Assembly: GCF_025526975.1 (NCBI RefSeq)
Contig: NW_026515668.1
Span: 186,001 to 250,000, forward strand
Direction: 5' to 3'
DNA length: 64,000 bases
DNA from: Fimicolochytrium jonesii
Lineage: Eukaryota
This document shows, one piece after another, positions 49,249 to 63,100 of this stretch. The notes beneath the pieces are model-generated. The model did not search any database and was not told where the DNA came from. It saw nothing but the letters and a program-made list of their open reading frames with translations. The stretch's first letter is position 1, and every line of letters begins with the position of its first letter. The translations under genes and the position numbers were made by a program.

Positions 49249-51510
49249 TTATTGTCTGCCGGCCTTGTACATGGCGGCGATGCGGGCTTTGTTGGCCTCA
49301 ACAATCTCTTTGCGCTTGAGTTTCTGCGCGGCAGTCTGTGGATAGGACAGATGGATGAGGAAGCCATATTTGGCGGCGCGTACAATATCCAAGCAAACTA
49401 TACATACCAGCATCTGGTTCTCCGGTGTCCACAACTCGGCATCAATGGCAATGTGTCCAAGGATCTCCGCGGGCTTGAATCCACCGTTCTTGGCCATCGT
49501 CCTGAGGTCCGCCAGCAGCGCCTTCAGGATCAGTGGGCTCTCGCACACCTCATCGAAATGACCGGGGACGCCCAACTCCTTCGCGAGCGTCATGATCTCC
49601 TTCTCGATAGGGTTAACGATCGCGACGGCGAACGCCTCCTCGGAGTGGGCGTACACGCAGATGTTGTGGGTGTAGGGAGAGGTCTTGTACTGCGACTCGA
49701 GCTTCTCGAGAGCAATGTACTCGCCGTTGGAGAGTTTCACGAGGTTCTTCTTACGGTCGATGATGGCGATCGTGCCGTCCGGGTAGAACTCGCCAATGTC
49801 GCCCGTCATCAACCACCCGTCGGCGGTCATCGTCTCGGCGGTCGCCTTGGGGTTCTTGTAGTACTCCTTCATGACGGAGGGTCCGCGCATCCAGATCTCG
49901 CCCTGGGGACGTGGTCGGTTGGATGGGTGGTAGTTGGTGTCCTCGACGGCGGCCAGCACGATCTCGACGGTGGAGGTGGGTGGTCCGACACGACCCAGCA
50001 TCCATGGGTCGGTGGGGAGCTGGATGACGTTGGCGGCGCAAGTTTCTGTCATGCCGTAACCTTGGAGGATGGGGCAGACTGTGCAGGTCATGAACTTTTG
50101 GGTTTCCTTGGGCATGGGGGCACCGCCGGAGATAGCGTACCGGAGACGGCCACCGGTTTGGGCGCGGATGGGCTTGAAGATGGTGTTGTCCAGGAAGCCG
50201 GTGGGGAGACCGTATTGGATCAGCTGCCACTTGAGCGCGACGGCCAGGTCGAAGATCCGCCTGACGTTGGGGGACTTTGCCTTCAACTTGCCCATGACGG
50301 CCTTGCGGATGCTGTAATTTGACAAAATCGGGATCAGATGAATACCGGAACTTGCTTGAGCTTTCCCTCAATCACGCCAAACTCACGTTTCCCAAACGGC
50401 GGGCACACCAGCCATGACAGTAGGGCGAAGTTCATTCAGATCGCCCTTGCAGTTACGAACGCTAGCGTCCGTCAGGGTGCGAACACTTCCGTAACCGATG
50501 GCGCATCCACAAACGAGCGCAAGGTGCTCAGTAACAAGTTCCAAAACGTGGGCGAGAGGAAGGTAAGCAAGGTAAACCTCGCTGGTGGTGGGGAGAATAA
50601 TGTCTCCGCGGTCCTTTGCGCCAGCAACAGCAGCAACAATGTTGCGGTGAGTCAGAACAACACCCTTGGGGTTACCAGTAGAGCCAGAGGTGTACATGAT
50701 GACGGCGGTGTCTTCGGGCTTGGGGGGGACGGTGTCGACGGGGAATTCGATTCCGAACGCGGCGATTTGGTCGATGTGGTAGAGGGCGTAGTGAGGGAAG
50801 GTCTCCTTGATACGGGCCAGCACTTTCTCGTCGGCGGTTCCATTGTAGATGATCCTCTTCAAAGATGGGACATTGGCGCCAACGCTGGGCATGATCTTGA
50901 GAAGGTCGGCGTTGGTGAACAAGGTGGTGATCTCGCACTCGTTCAGAGAGAATGTAAGACCTTCCTCTCCGAGAGTGTCGTAAGCGGTGGTGACGGCGAT
51001 GGATTGGGAGAAAGCGGCGTGAGCCATGAATTGCCAGTCACGGCTGGTAGCCGCGAACAGGGTGAGCTTGTCACCGGCCTTCAATCCAATGTGCTGCAGA
51101 CCACCTCCAAGCTTGGCGACGTGCTCCTTGACTTCGGCGTAATTCATCCAGGAGTATCCGGACAGCTCGAAGAAGTTCCACTTCTTCACCTCAGTGACCT
51201 GCTGTCCACCGATCGTCTTGATCACCTCCTTCTCCTCCGTGACCACGCGAATAACGGACCGAGCTCCCATAGCGGGACGGGTGGGGAACTGCTTGGCGGC
51301 ATGGAGAATGATATCGTGGACGGTGTGGACATCGGGATGGGGACGCTCGTTCAAGGCTTTTTCCGAGGTCAGAGCACGACGGGCCCGACTGCGAGTTGTT
51401 GTGGCCTGGCCGACCTCGACGGACCGAGGCTTGCCGTGGTGCAAACCGAAGAGGTAAATGGGGAGGAGGAAAGCAATCGCCACCCAGGCGACGAACAACG
51501 TGAAAGCCAT
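49249..51510 (-). CDS. Long-chain fatty acyl-CoA synthetase (FAA1/FAA4-like)
   Basis: IMYTSGSTGNPKGV, YLPLAHVLE, QGYGMTET, GWLMTGDIG, IIDRKKNLVK; introns 50386-50312 and ~49407-49336. Confidence 0.95.
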
Positions 51511-52719
51511 GGCGAAGGTCGAGTGGATCAGATGTAGGCGGGTAGAAGGCAGCTAGCACACACAACACAGGGTCTGAGGAAGAAAAGGGGCGAGGAAGGA
51601 GGCCGGATATATATACGCTCGTCTGTACACCCGCCTATGGCTGGAACCTCCGACGGCGGCATAATAATGTGGTACAGAAGATATCTGCGCAAATTTACGA
51701 TGACCTTTGCCCGGTTCTTGCGCGACAGGCCGCCGCGGCCGGGCCGGCGAAGACCGGAATCATGGAGGCATGGTAGTATTACGATTTACTAGTAGTAGCC
51801 TGCGGCGGTCCAAGAAACAAAATGCAGCGCAGGATCCACGAATGTGAAGGTTGCGGCCGCTTTCAAGGCAAGGACCATCTCAACGCGCATGGTTTCTGTT
51901 GAAATTTCTCTCGAAATGAACATACGAGACGCGTCCGCGCACAGTGCCCCCCCATGTGCGTGGGAGCCTAACAGCTCCTACTCCAAATTTTCGCGCAATT
52001 TCCTAATGTACATATTACTGCGATCATCACCTTATCTTCTAGCGTGATGTCCATTGCCTGCGAGGGCCTCAAGAAAGTAAGAAAAACATGGTATGGTATA
52101 CTGGTTCTCGAGTCCGGCTAAAATACTCTCAATCTCATGCCAAACGTTGGATTCATTTGTAAGTAATAACAGCGGATACAGGGACTCATAAATCTTTGTT
52201 GTGGCTATTGGATCTGAAGGTGCTCCAGATCTGAAGGATTCTGAAGCCTTCTGGTCCAGCCTTCCGTCGCTTCTACAGTATTAGAGGCGGCATGTACAGT
52301 ATATACTGTACGCCCCAAATCTGAGGTTTCCCGGGATGAGTTCTCCGAAACAGCTACGACCCGTGCGACGGCAGTGTGAAGCAGCACATGCTACTGTTCA
52401 TGGCATGGAAGCCCAACTCTCGTCGCATACGGCATTCCAACAGCTCAACCATGACGACCTTGTTTATGCCGCCACCGCCAGTTCAGACATGATTGCCGAG
52501 GCTGATAGTGTCAAAATGTGTCGCTTTTCGACGCGTAGACGAAGCTGTGGAGATGACAGACAGTGCGAGCAAGAATCGAAGGCCTTCCCACAAGTGGTAT
52601 ATGTATGTACGGCTCGCCCCCGCATTACGTACTGGAGACACAGATTCACAAGCGTATCTTCAGGACGACGGTTTATCTCTTCTAGTCTTCGACCAGCCCT
52701 GAAGCTTCACTGGAATAGA

Positions 52720-54154
52720 ATGAACCCGAAAGTCACGATAGGCGTGGTGACTCGCAGCCAGTCCAGGGTCTTGAACGGGGTGGCACAAAGCTTCAGGTGG
52801 ATGGAGCCGCCATCATTTTTCCTCCGAGTTGGATTTGAGTTGGAGTTTCTGAACGTGATTGCGTTTAGGGTGACCAAGCGTAAATCTCAAACCGATGCTG
52901 GGAAGTCAACCAAAGCAGTGACGGCTAAGAGGGCGAAGACTGCTAGCCCCGATGTATCTTCTTTACAGCCGGCCGATGCGCCAAAGGCGGTAGGCGCCGA
53001 AGAACTGAAAACAGTTCCGGCGGCTGTTGCAGAAAAGACCGCGGGCATAACAATACCGAGGAAGTTATTGGATTATGAGACGGTGGTGGCACATTTGACC
53101 CGGCAAGATCCCGCGCTGGCAAGCATCATAAAGGCGTCGGCGAAGAAGTGTCGGATATTCGGCGATTCGGGCGATGCAGGAGCTGAGGGCAGACAGTTGG
53201 ACGCTTTCAAGGCGCTATGTACCGCGATAGTCTACCAAGTTAGCACACTCAAATTCTCTCTAGTTCATCTACCACACTCTGCAGCTACTTACTACTGCCT
53301 CTCTTCGACAGCAACTGAGCGGAAAAGCTGCCTCGGCCATTTTGAAGAAGTTTCTCAGGCTGTTCGGGATCACATCTGAGGAAGGAAGCGATAAAGAAAT
53401 CACCAGCGAACGGAAGCCAAAAATTTTTCCCACACCACAGGAAGTCCGCGTTATTGATGTGCAAACCTATCGAGACGCAGGGCTCTCATATAGGAAGGTA
53501 TTCACCATCTGTTTTCCGGTTGCTCCGTCGTAATCATTGACCCTCCTATCTACCAGGCGGAATACCTGCATTCCCTTGCCGATAAATTCATTGATGGATC
53601 AATAACAAGTGAAGGGCTTCTGAACATGGACGACGAGGAGATCAGCAAGCTGCTTTGTAGTGTCAAAGGGATAGGACAGGTGCGGCACACTCAGGCTGAA
53701 TGTCCTTACTTCGAATTCGAGCTCATCAGGTCATTCACTTTTTAGTGGACTGGTGAGGCGTTCACGTTCGACTGACTTTCGGACTTTACTTCTGTCTGAC
53801 ATCGCGTCTCCAGTGGACATGTTTCTGATGTTTGATCTCAAGCGTCCCAACATCCTACCCGTTGGCGATCTTGGCGTGCGGAAAGGCATGAGCCAGCATT
53901 TCCAAATGAAGGCAGGTGCTAAGAAAGGGAACAAGACGAAGAGCAGCGGGGTTGCAGGCAAAGGAGTGTACCTACCGACGGTAAGCTTACTATAAGCGTA
54001 GAAGGATCAGATCATCAGCATGTTTCGAATGAAAACGTTCCCTCAGCCCGAAGAAATGATAGAAGCCGCCCAGGTATGGGAGCCCTATCGGTCAATCGGG
54101 GCCTACTACATGTGGCAACTTTTGGACATCAAGACAGTGGAGAAAGAAAAGTAG
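52720..54154 (+). CDS. MAG1: DNA-3-methyladenine glycosylase (AlkA/HhH-GPD)
   Basis: [57 protein letters not shown]; start uncertain. Confidence 0.9.
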
Positions 54155-54724
54155 CGATCCGCCCAACATTTTTGATAAGGACGATCGTAGAGTAATCAAG
54201 TACAGTAACATAGTAGCGACTCAGCATGATAGGAGGAGATCATACCCAAGAGGACAATACCAAGTGGAACGATACTTCGGTCTTTTTTGTTTTCCTTTCA
54301 TTTTGCTCTCAAGTCTGTTGTTATAATGATGCTTATTCCATCAAGGAAATCCAGTCTTCTGGAAGATGGCTTACCCGGGGTGTCTTCGACAAGGTGTCAT
54401 CGTTTGTGTTGCCAAAAAGCTTGACCTGACCTTGTCGTTTTCCTCATAATACAGTATGACATCAGCAGGGCGGAGCTGTCAATGGAACTGTCAAAATCAG
54501 TAGTTCTTACGCCCCCGCCGCGTCGAAAATCTTCATCTCTCGAACTTTCGGAAGTCTACATAACCTCATCTTCGGATTTCACTATCATCGTTTACTTCGG
54601 AACTCAACATCCATACCCTACTTCGGATCTCTATCATCGAACTCAACATCGGATTTCCACTCATCGTAAAGCATCGTCAAGCTTCTAACTCACGATCAAC
54701 AGAATTGTTCATTATATCATCGAC

Positions 54725-56353
54725 ATGCTAGATATCATCATCTCTATACTCTTCTGCATCATCGAATCCCTCATTCGAGGCACCGTTGCTAACATCGCTT
54801 CGCCGCTGTTGAGCGTTTATGACACGATGTCGAACAAACTCTCGTCGGCCTTCTCTGCGGCTCTTTGCATTGTCGGAGGGCCGGGGCCCCTCGAACCCCA
54901 CCTTCCGCACCGCGACCGAGCTATTCTTGTCACCGGGACCAGTGCCGGCATCGGCCGCCAGGCCGCATGGGCACTAGCGTCCCAGGGATACACGGTCTTC
55001 GCCGGGGTGCGAAAATTGAGGGAGGGTCAAGAACTACGCCATGAATTTCTCAATGCTCAGTTTCGGGAAAATATAGTCGCGGGACCATGTCCCATTGGCG
55101 AAATTATTCCGGTCGTCTTAGAAGTAACAGACAAAATGTCTATCTTAACGGCCAAGAATACGATTGAGAACGTTCTCCGCGGCCGTGGCGGCAAGCTTGT
55201 TGGCGTGATAAATGTCGCCGGGTTGATTTTTCTATCACCTCTTGAAACGACGGATAGCAGCGAGGTTCGCCGTATATTCGATGTCAATTTCTTTGGCGTG
55301 CTGGACGTCGCGCGGACGTTCTTGCCTTTGCTCAAGAAATCGCGCGGTCGCATCGTGAATGTTGGTTCTGCGGCGTCGTTCCTCGTTGCTCCTGCGGCTG
55401 GGATCTACTCCGCCAGCAAGTCAGCCATTGGATCGGCCACTGAAGCTTTGCGTATGGAGCTTGCAAACTCCCATGTCGGCGTGTCATTGATTGAACCAGG
55501 TAGGCATTCCGTACAGGACTTTGCGTTGCTTACATTTCTGACTAACCGGTGGTGTTTGCCTTTATTAGGTGCTATTCGTACCAGAGCATGGGACGTGGCG
55601 GTCAACACCTTACCCAAGTACAATGCTGATCTCCAGAACGGAACAGCCGGAGCCAGTTCCGGGATTGGCTCAGACGGCGTTTACACGAAGGCCACAGCAG
55701 AACCATTCCAAATCGGTGAGCAAGACGCAATTGGCCCCGACGGCAATGATTATCCACGCAAGGAACGCAAATACTCGGTAGACTTCGCACAGTGCCACCT
55801 CGGCTGCACCAACAGCGGGAACGGCGACGGCGCTCAGGTGTGCAACAGGGATGCGAGCTTCGGCATCTTCAGCCATGAGACTGTAAACAGCAAAAATACG
55901 GATGGTACGAACGACAAGCATATCAGCGGCGGCGCAGGCAATCTTCAGACCGCGAACGGGAAGAAACCCAAGAAGTCGAAACGAGGTGGTGCGCGGCCCG
56001 CCCCCATTAGAGCATCATACGGCAAGCATCAACCGGAAGCTGAGCCCAAGTGCCCAATACTGATCTGCCCGTCATCGCCTCGGTCGCCTGTGGGCACGTT
56101 GGCAGAGTCCGAACAGAACGCGACCATTCTGTGGTACGCTCCTCTGTTCAACCGACTCGAAATCGCATACAAGGCTGGGATCCTGCTTGCGTTCCCACCT
56201 AAGCATGTGACGCAGCATGTAGAGCATGCGCTAATGTCGCGATTCCCGCGAGATCGATACCTGGCCGGTGCTGATGCGAAGATCGCGGACGCGATCTTGA
56301 CCTTCGTACCCCAAAAGATTGTCGAATTGGCGATTCGTTGGTTCCTGTGGTGA
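54725..56353 (+). CDS. Short-chain dehydrogenase/reductase (RDH/17bHSD-like) with long insertion
   Basis: VTGTSAGIG, INVAG, YSASK, IEPG; probable in-frame intron 55500-55568; C-terminal HAL....PRDRYLAG. Confidence 0.88.
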   Translation: MLDIIISILFCIIESLIRGTVANIASPLLSVYDTMSNKLSSAFSAALCIVGGPGPLEPHLPHRDRAILVTGTSAGIGRQAAWALASQGYTVFAGVRKLREGQELRHEFLNAQFRENIVAGPCPIGEIIPVVLEVTDKMSILTAKNTIENVLRGRGGKLVGVINVAGLIFLSPLETTDSSEVRRIFDVNFFGVLDVARTFLPLLKKSRGRIVNVGSAASFLVAPAAGIYSASKSAIGSATEALRMELANSHVGVSLIEPGRHSVQDFALLTFLTNRWCLPLLGAIRTRAWDVAVNTLPKYNADLQNGTAGASSGIGSDGVYTKATAEPFQIGEQDAIGPDGNDYPRKERKYSVDFAQCHLGCTNSGNGDGAQVCNRDASFGIFSHETVNSKNTDGTNDKHISGGAGNLQTANGKKPKKSKRGGARPAPIRASYGKHQPEAEPKCPILICPSSPRSPVGTLAESEQNATILWYAPLFNRLEIAYKAGILLAFPPKHVTQHVEHALMSRFPRDRYLAGADAKIADAILTFVPQKIVELAIRWFLW

Positions 56354-56785
56354 GGCGGTGGATTATTCTCGGTTCCCTGACGCTGTCATAATCGTTGCGT
56401 TGCGTCACTCTTCATGACCACTCATCCGCAAGCGGGTCTCCTCTACATTGTCGCTCTACATACATCTTTTTTCCTTCACATTTCTTTATCCCGCACGAAA
56501 AGTGAGAACGGGACGGCGCCTGCGGCCCTTTGCGTGCTTCTTTATGGCTGAAGCATATACACATTTACGTCGTCAAGGCAACAAATTCTATGAAATGCCC
56601 ATACACGAGCTCTCATCTTACTGGCTGGCGACTACACCACCATGTCGTTCCCACCTAAGTCGACTGCGTTTCTTGGGGCCATCTTTTCCGACACTATACA
56701 CTAGCTATGCAGGGTTTCTGCCCTGCCATGAGCGGTCAAACACCAACTCTAGTTGGAGCACAATGGTGACGGGCCTTGCAACAGT

Positions 56786-59697
56786 TCAGTCATCGCCATC
56801 TTTCGTGAGATCGACAACATTCTCATCATGAGTAAGATCAATGCACGTCGTCCGACTCCTCTTAAACGCCGTCCGTGCGGCTTTCACATCCATCTTTCTG
56901 AAATTCAACCGATTCTTTCCACAATCCACGGGCATCGACGCGGTCCTCAAGAATCCTGGTGGCGATCTCGTTGGTATTCGCTTCTTCTCCAAATGCTTCT
57001 CATCAACTCCTTTCAAGTCCGCAAACCGCTTCATACCGCCATCCTCCAGCGGCCGCAGATATCCTTGTCCCAGCTCCTGTAACTCGTCGAACGAGATCGT
57101 ATCCTGCCATCCGCGATCGTTCCCGCAGATCTTAACGAGCCGTGGATGCCGCAGAACCCAGGGACCCCCCAATGGCTCCCGGACGAATCCGCCACCTTTC
57201 AATTCGACGGCGAACGGGTGCGGGAAAATGAACTCGATTTTGCCGCGCAAAGCTTTTGGACACGTATAAGTATACGGCACACTTGCTTTTGACTTTGACG
57301 GAGAGGAAGTGCTCAGAGGTACTCGATGCGGGGCCAAAGACCGGCAAAGGGCGATAAGCGTCTCACGGGAGAAGCCGGCTTCAAAGGCGAAGACGACACG
57401 GAAGTGGCCCTGTAACAGTCTGTTAGAAAAATGTCCAGCACTCGTGTGTTGTGCCATCCGGACCATCAGTGCTCACCTCATCACCACGAACATTGACTTG
57501 CTGATTGTTGGTCAGACATCCAACGAAGAACATATTCATTATGTGTGGGTGCTCGGTCAAACTGAGCTTCAAATAGTCGTTTCTTGGGCAGAATGCGCCG
57601 CCGACAACGGCAAAGTCAGCCGTGTCCCCATGGCCTTCGATATAGTCCTCCTTCAACTGAAAAAACATAGTTATTCGTCTGGAATATGCAGAACGCATTG
57701 TAAACTTCCGACGCAACGTACTTTGAGCCAGGAGCTTTTGCGTCCCGCAGAGTACGTGCTGTTGGCACCTTTGATGACCAGCCCTTCCTCCCGTTTTCCG
57801 ATGGTCTCGACAAACAACGCTCTGAGAGCCTACTTGTTATATGGTCAATCAAACCAGATCCCTTGAAGCGCGACACTGCGACCTGTACCTCCGTGTGCTT
57901 GGCGCTAAGCGCGCCTTCAGGGACATCAAGTTCCCGGGTTTTGGAAAGACGTGCCTACTCGAGAAGATCAGCAAACGGGGATGAAAACATTTCAATCCCG
58001 ATGTAACGCACCCAATTAGGAATCGGCCGTATCAACCGCCGCAATGCATCTCGACGTTGAGCATATGGCCTGAAAGTCCAATCTGCGCGTGTGAAGATAA
58101 ACATTAGCGAACGATGTGAGAAGGTTCAAACATTTCGTCATACCCTCATCATCAAGGTATAATATGTCAAAGAAGACGATCTGAAAATGGCGCCTCCCGG
58201 ACAAGACGCCGTCATCAGGGGCTGACAATCTGCGATTTTGGAAGTCCAGCCCCACGTCTTTTATTGTTCCGAAGGCTTCAATGCTCTGAGTGTCTTCGTC
58301 AAACACCAGCAATTCGCCTTCCAATATGCATGTGCGGCATGTTATTTGGCCTTCAAATGGCTCACATTGTGGCACGGGACCGATATTCGCAGGTCGACCA
58401 AGCGCTGCGCGGATGATACTATGTGGATCTGAGTAACCCATAACAAGGTTAATGCACGCAGCATATCGACAGAACTTACTCATGAGTTCTCCACCTATCC
58501 ATCGTACTATTCCTCCCACTTTTCGAGAAGATCGTGATTCGCCCGTTATCGTGAACATCCATTCCGAACTCCACATGAATCTGCATCCGTTCTCCATCAT
58601 ATTTGATCTCCGCAAAGCACTTCGTTTCCCCTTCCTTCTGCATGGTGAGCAGGGCATGGGCAGGCGACCGGGCTTGCTGACATTGCATTACTGTCAGACA
58701 TGTATGAAGCCGCGGCTTGCCATATTGGAGCATGGCGGGCAGATAGTGGCCGTCTGATGGGCAGCCACTGACGCGATCCCGCAGAAGACAAATGAACCGG
58801 CTGGAGGTGAGGGCGAGGTCGGTCTGCCTTGCATGCAAGGTGTAGAGAAAGGGCTGATGAAGAAAGATTGATGAGTGCCGGCACCATTCTATTCGGGAGA
58901 TTGCCTACTCACATGGAAGGAGTTGAGAATCCCACGCCAGGTATGGACTATGGACAGATCCTTCAGAATGATCCGAATGAGCCTGCGGTTGATAATCAAT
59001 CGGGTCCATCTCCTGCTGCACACAGTTGTCAAATGCTCATGAGTGCTTACCATTTGCACTCTCTCGATCTTTGGCCCCGAAAAAGGTCCTCCAACACCTT
59101 CCTTGCCGTACGACTGCCTCGCTTGGGTCTCACTCCACCCTCGGTCGTGCTGTACCGTGCATACGTCGCCAGTTCATCAAGCAGCACGTTCACCTCCCAC
59201 ACGGTCATCGCTTTCCCTCCCGCCTCCGGCTCCTGCAACCTCACAGTCCCTTCCACGCATTTCGCGAAATCGCCCTGTCCAACACGCTCTACACCTAGGT
59301 ATGCGTCGCAGTCTTTCCATCTGGTAAGTCGCGCGCCGCGACTGGTGCCTCCCAAACCGAAGACGGCCAGAAGGTGTTCCGCTAGCGATGGTTCGCGGAG
59401 ATGATAGCGTCGGGAGATGTCTTGACACGGGAAAAGAAGGCGGAAGATGTCGTGGACAGCCAGTGAGAGGTGGTCGAAGCCGAAGGCGTGGAGCAGTTTC
59501 TAGAATTGATGACTTGTTAGGGGTCTGGATGTAAAGATCTGAAATATACTCACCTCCCACCAGATTTTGATAACTCGGCGTCGACTCTCTCGTAGTTGAT
59601 TTCTCGTTAAACTTTTGGATGCGCCGTCTAGTTCCAGCTTATCCAAAAGGGTAGCGACAGCACAGAAAGGTATTGACTTGGCACTCTTATCCGCCAT
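56786..59697 (-). CDS. ATP-dependent DNA ligase, uncharacterised fungal LIG4-like type without BRCT
   Basis: EIKYDGERMQIH, IFSKSGRNSTMDR, ILEGELL, IVFFDILY, EGLVIK, LKEDYIEGHGDTADF, LRHPRLVKI; multi-exon. Confidence 0.85.
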
Positions 59698-60177
59698 ATT
59701 CTCTGCGGTTTTCCGGGCGGGTGGTCAACTGCGAAAGAGCAACGAAGCACACACTGATTATTTCCCCCCAGTGAGCAGCGCCTTACTAGTCGTCGGTGGC
59801 AGCATGTGCCTCTCAAGCTCAACAGATAGTTGGGTAGTCGCTTGTGAAAGGGCTTCCCCATTGCACACCTCAGGAAGGAACCGTAGTTCGGACACGTTGT
59901 CCGCAAATGAGTTTCGCAGCCACCCGACTCCCCATCCTGTTTTTTTTCGGAGTCCCAAGTGCACTACGCATATTTCTGCCATAAGATGGGACGAGACAGA
60001 GCGAAGCAAGCACATAGCACACACAATGATAGGGTATAATGGTGCTATTTGCTATGAAAGACGGCAGATATATGCAAGACGATGGAGGATATGAACAGTA
60101 GAGAAAGATACAAAGGGAGAAACAGAAAACAATAATTACAGGCGATGATATGTGTATGAACGTGCAAGTGTTTCTCT

Positions 60178-63100
60178 TCACTTGACGATGACAGGAACCC
60201 TCGCGCCCATTCCTACTCCACCCACTGCCACCGCACCGGAATCCGCCACAGGTCCCCTTCCATCAGCCGGCCAGGCCAGCGCTTCGCCAAACGCTTCTGC
60301 CGTAGGGTCGGCCCATCGCCTTCGCCTTTCTTGTTCGACCATACCGCCCGGGACAGGTAGGCGGGTGTTACCCATGAGGTAAACATCGATCTCACGAGCG
60401 GATTGGCGTCCTTCGTTGATAGCCCACACAATCAAGGACTGTCCACGACGGCAGTCTCCAGCAGCAAACACGCCGGAGCTTGCGGTAGCGTACGAGATCT
60501 GGTGCTGACCTTGTGCTGGCTGTGGAGCTTGTTGCGCTGGTGGCTGGTGCTGTTGGCCAGTGACGCCGGCGCCTGTCTTGATGTTAGTCTTATTGTCCTG
60601 CGCCAATTCCAACTGCTTGATGACTTCGTTCTCGGGGCCGAGGAATCCCATTGCGAGGAGGACGAGATCGGCCTTGACGAACTCTTCGGAGCCGGGAACT
60701 TCCTTCATCCTCCACGCGCCGCTCGTGGGGTCCTTCGTCCATTCGACCTTGACGATGTTGATACCAGCCACACGGCCCTTTCCGTCGGACACAAACTCCT
60801 TGGTCAGGACGCAGTACCGTCTTGGGTCGTTTCCGTGGTGAACAGCTACCTCCGCATGTCCGTATTCCATCTTGAAGACACGCGGGTAGGTGGGCCATGG
60901 GTTGGATTTCGAGTCACGCTTCGGTGGGGGTTGAGGGAGAAGTTCGAAGTTGACGATTTGCGTGGCTCCGTGTCTCATGGAAGTAGCGATGCAGTCACAT
61001 CCGGTATCACCTCCTCCAATGACGACAACATTCTTGCCCTTGGCTGACAGGTATTCATCCTCGGTGATGTTCGACGTGGATCTTACATCTCCGGTGGAAA
61101 GGACGCGTTTGGTGTTGCGTTCCAGGAACTCCATCGCGAAGTGTATGCCGTCGAGGTTCCTGTTTGGCACAGGGAGGTCTCGGGGCCAGGTAGCTCCGGT
61201 GGCGACGAGCACGGCGTCGTTCTCCTCTCGCAGAGTCCGCGCCGAGACGGTCTTGCCCACATGTGCGTTTGTGATGAACTTGATGCCTTCGGCTTCCATG
61301 AGATCGATGCGCCGTTGAACAACGCCTTTGTCGAGCTTCATGTTGGGAATACCGTACATCAACAAACCACCGACGCGGTCGTTTCGCTCGTAAACTGTTA
61401 CGAGATGTCCGGCCTTATTGAGCTGGTCAGCCGCGGCGAGTCCAGCGGGTCCGGATCCCACAATGGCAATGCGCTTGCCAGTGCGGTGCTTGGGAGGTGA
61501 TGGCACAATCCATCCTTCTGCGAATCCGCGATCGATGATGGCGCATTCGATGCTCTTGATGGACACTGGTAATTCGTTGATACCGAGCACGCAAGCACCT
61601 TCGCAAGGAGCGGGGCAGACACGACCGGTGAACTCGGGGAAGTTGTTGGTGAGCAACAAGCGGTCCAAGGCCTCGCGCCAGTTGTCCTTGAAGACCAACT
61701 CGTTCCACTTGGGAATGATGTTACCGATGGGGCATCCGTTGTCAGATTGACAAAACGGCACACCACAGTCCATGCAACGAGCGGCTTGCGTCTTGAGCGC
61801 AGAATCGGGTAAGCGGGCGCTAATTTCCTTCCAGTCCTTGACACGCTTGCGGGGGTTGCGGTAGCGGTCGCCTTCGCGCTTGTACTTCATGAATCCGCGG
61901 ACCTTATCGAGGACTTCCACGCGCTTCTTGGCCATCGACTCGTCCATGATACTGTCTTCCAAGTCCGCGACCTTGGGCTCGAGAGCTTTCATAATCTGGA
62001 CTTGCTCGGCGTCTTCTTTGCGGCGGGGCTGCTCATAGTCGTGAATACCCTTTTCGGTCTCGAGCTCTAGCCTCTTCGCAACCGCTTCTTGCTCCGCGGC
62101 CTTTTTCTTTTCAAGGGCTGCACGGTAGTCCCTAGGGAAAACTCGAACAAACTTGGCTTGCTGGTTTGGCCAGTCGGCGATGATGCGGCGCCCGAGAGCA
62201 GAGCCGGTTGCGATGGAGTGCTCTTCGATGAGCGACTTGAGCCACAAAGATTCCTCGGCTTCCGTAACCCGATCGAGATCGACCATCTCCATGTTGCAGT
62301 TACGCTCGAAGGTGTCCGTAGCGTCCAAGACGTAAGCGATACCTCCGCTCATTCCCGCGGCGAAGTTACGCCCGGTTTCGCCGAGAATGACAATGCGTCC
62401 ACCGGTCATGTACTCGCAACCGTGGTCTCCGACGCCCTCGACCACAGCCGTGGCACCAGAATTGCGCACAGCGAATCGTTCGGCTGCGATACCGCTGAAG
62501 AAGGCAGTACCAGCGGTGGCACCGTATAAGCAGACGTTTCCGACAACGATGTTCTGCTCAGCCTTGAAGACGGAGTTGGCAGGTGGGTATACGACAATGC
62601 GTCCGCCGGAGAGACCTTTACCGACGTAATCGTTGGCATCTCCCTCGAGGTCGATTTGGATACCTGGAGCGAGGAAAGCGCCGAGAGACTGTCCTGCGGA
62701 ACCCTCGAGCTTGATGCGAATGGTACCATCGGGGAGCCCTTGCTCGCCGTGCTGCTTCGATACTTCGTACGATAGTGTGGTGCCGAGCGCACGGTCAGTA
62801 TTGACGACCTTTTCGAAGATCTCTACCGGGCGGCGGTGCTCCAACGCCTTCTTAGCCTTCTCGATCAAGCCGTTGTCGAGCCTGAGGTCCAGCTTGTGGT
62901 CCTGCTTCTTTACGTTGTGCGTGGCAGCACCTGGTCGCAGCAGGAACGCCGGGGTGAGGATGGGAGTCAGATCAAGGTTGCGAGTCTTGGGGTTCTTGGC
63001 CGACTCGTTGATGGTAAGGTAGTCCGTGCGTCCAACCATCTCTTCGATGGTGCGGAAACCAAGCCGAGCCATGATGCTTCGGCACTCTTCAGCGACGAAG

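Noticed and set aside
49207..51537. Long plus-strand ORFs (371 and 399 aa)
   Set aside because: Antisense shadows of the codon-biased acyl-CoA synthetase; the same effect is seen opposite DUR3 and GLT1
52720..59697. DNA repair cluster (MAG1 plus ligase)
   Set aside because: Separated by an unrelated SDR; proximity is plausibly chance without synteny data
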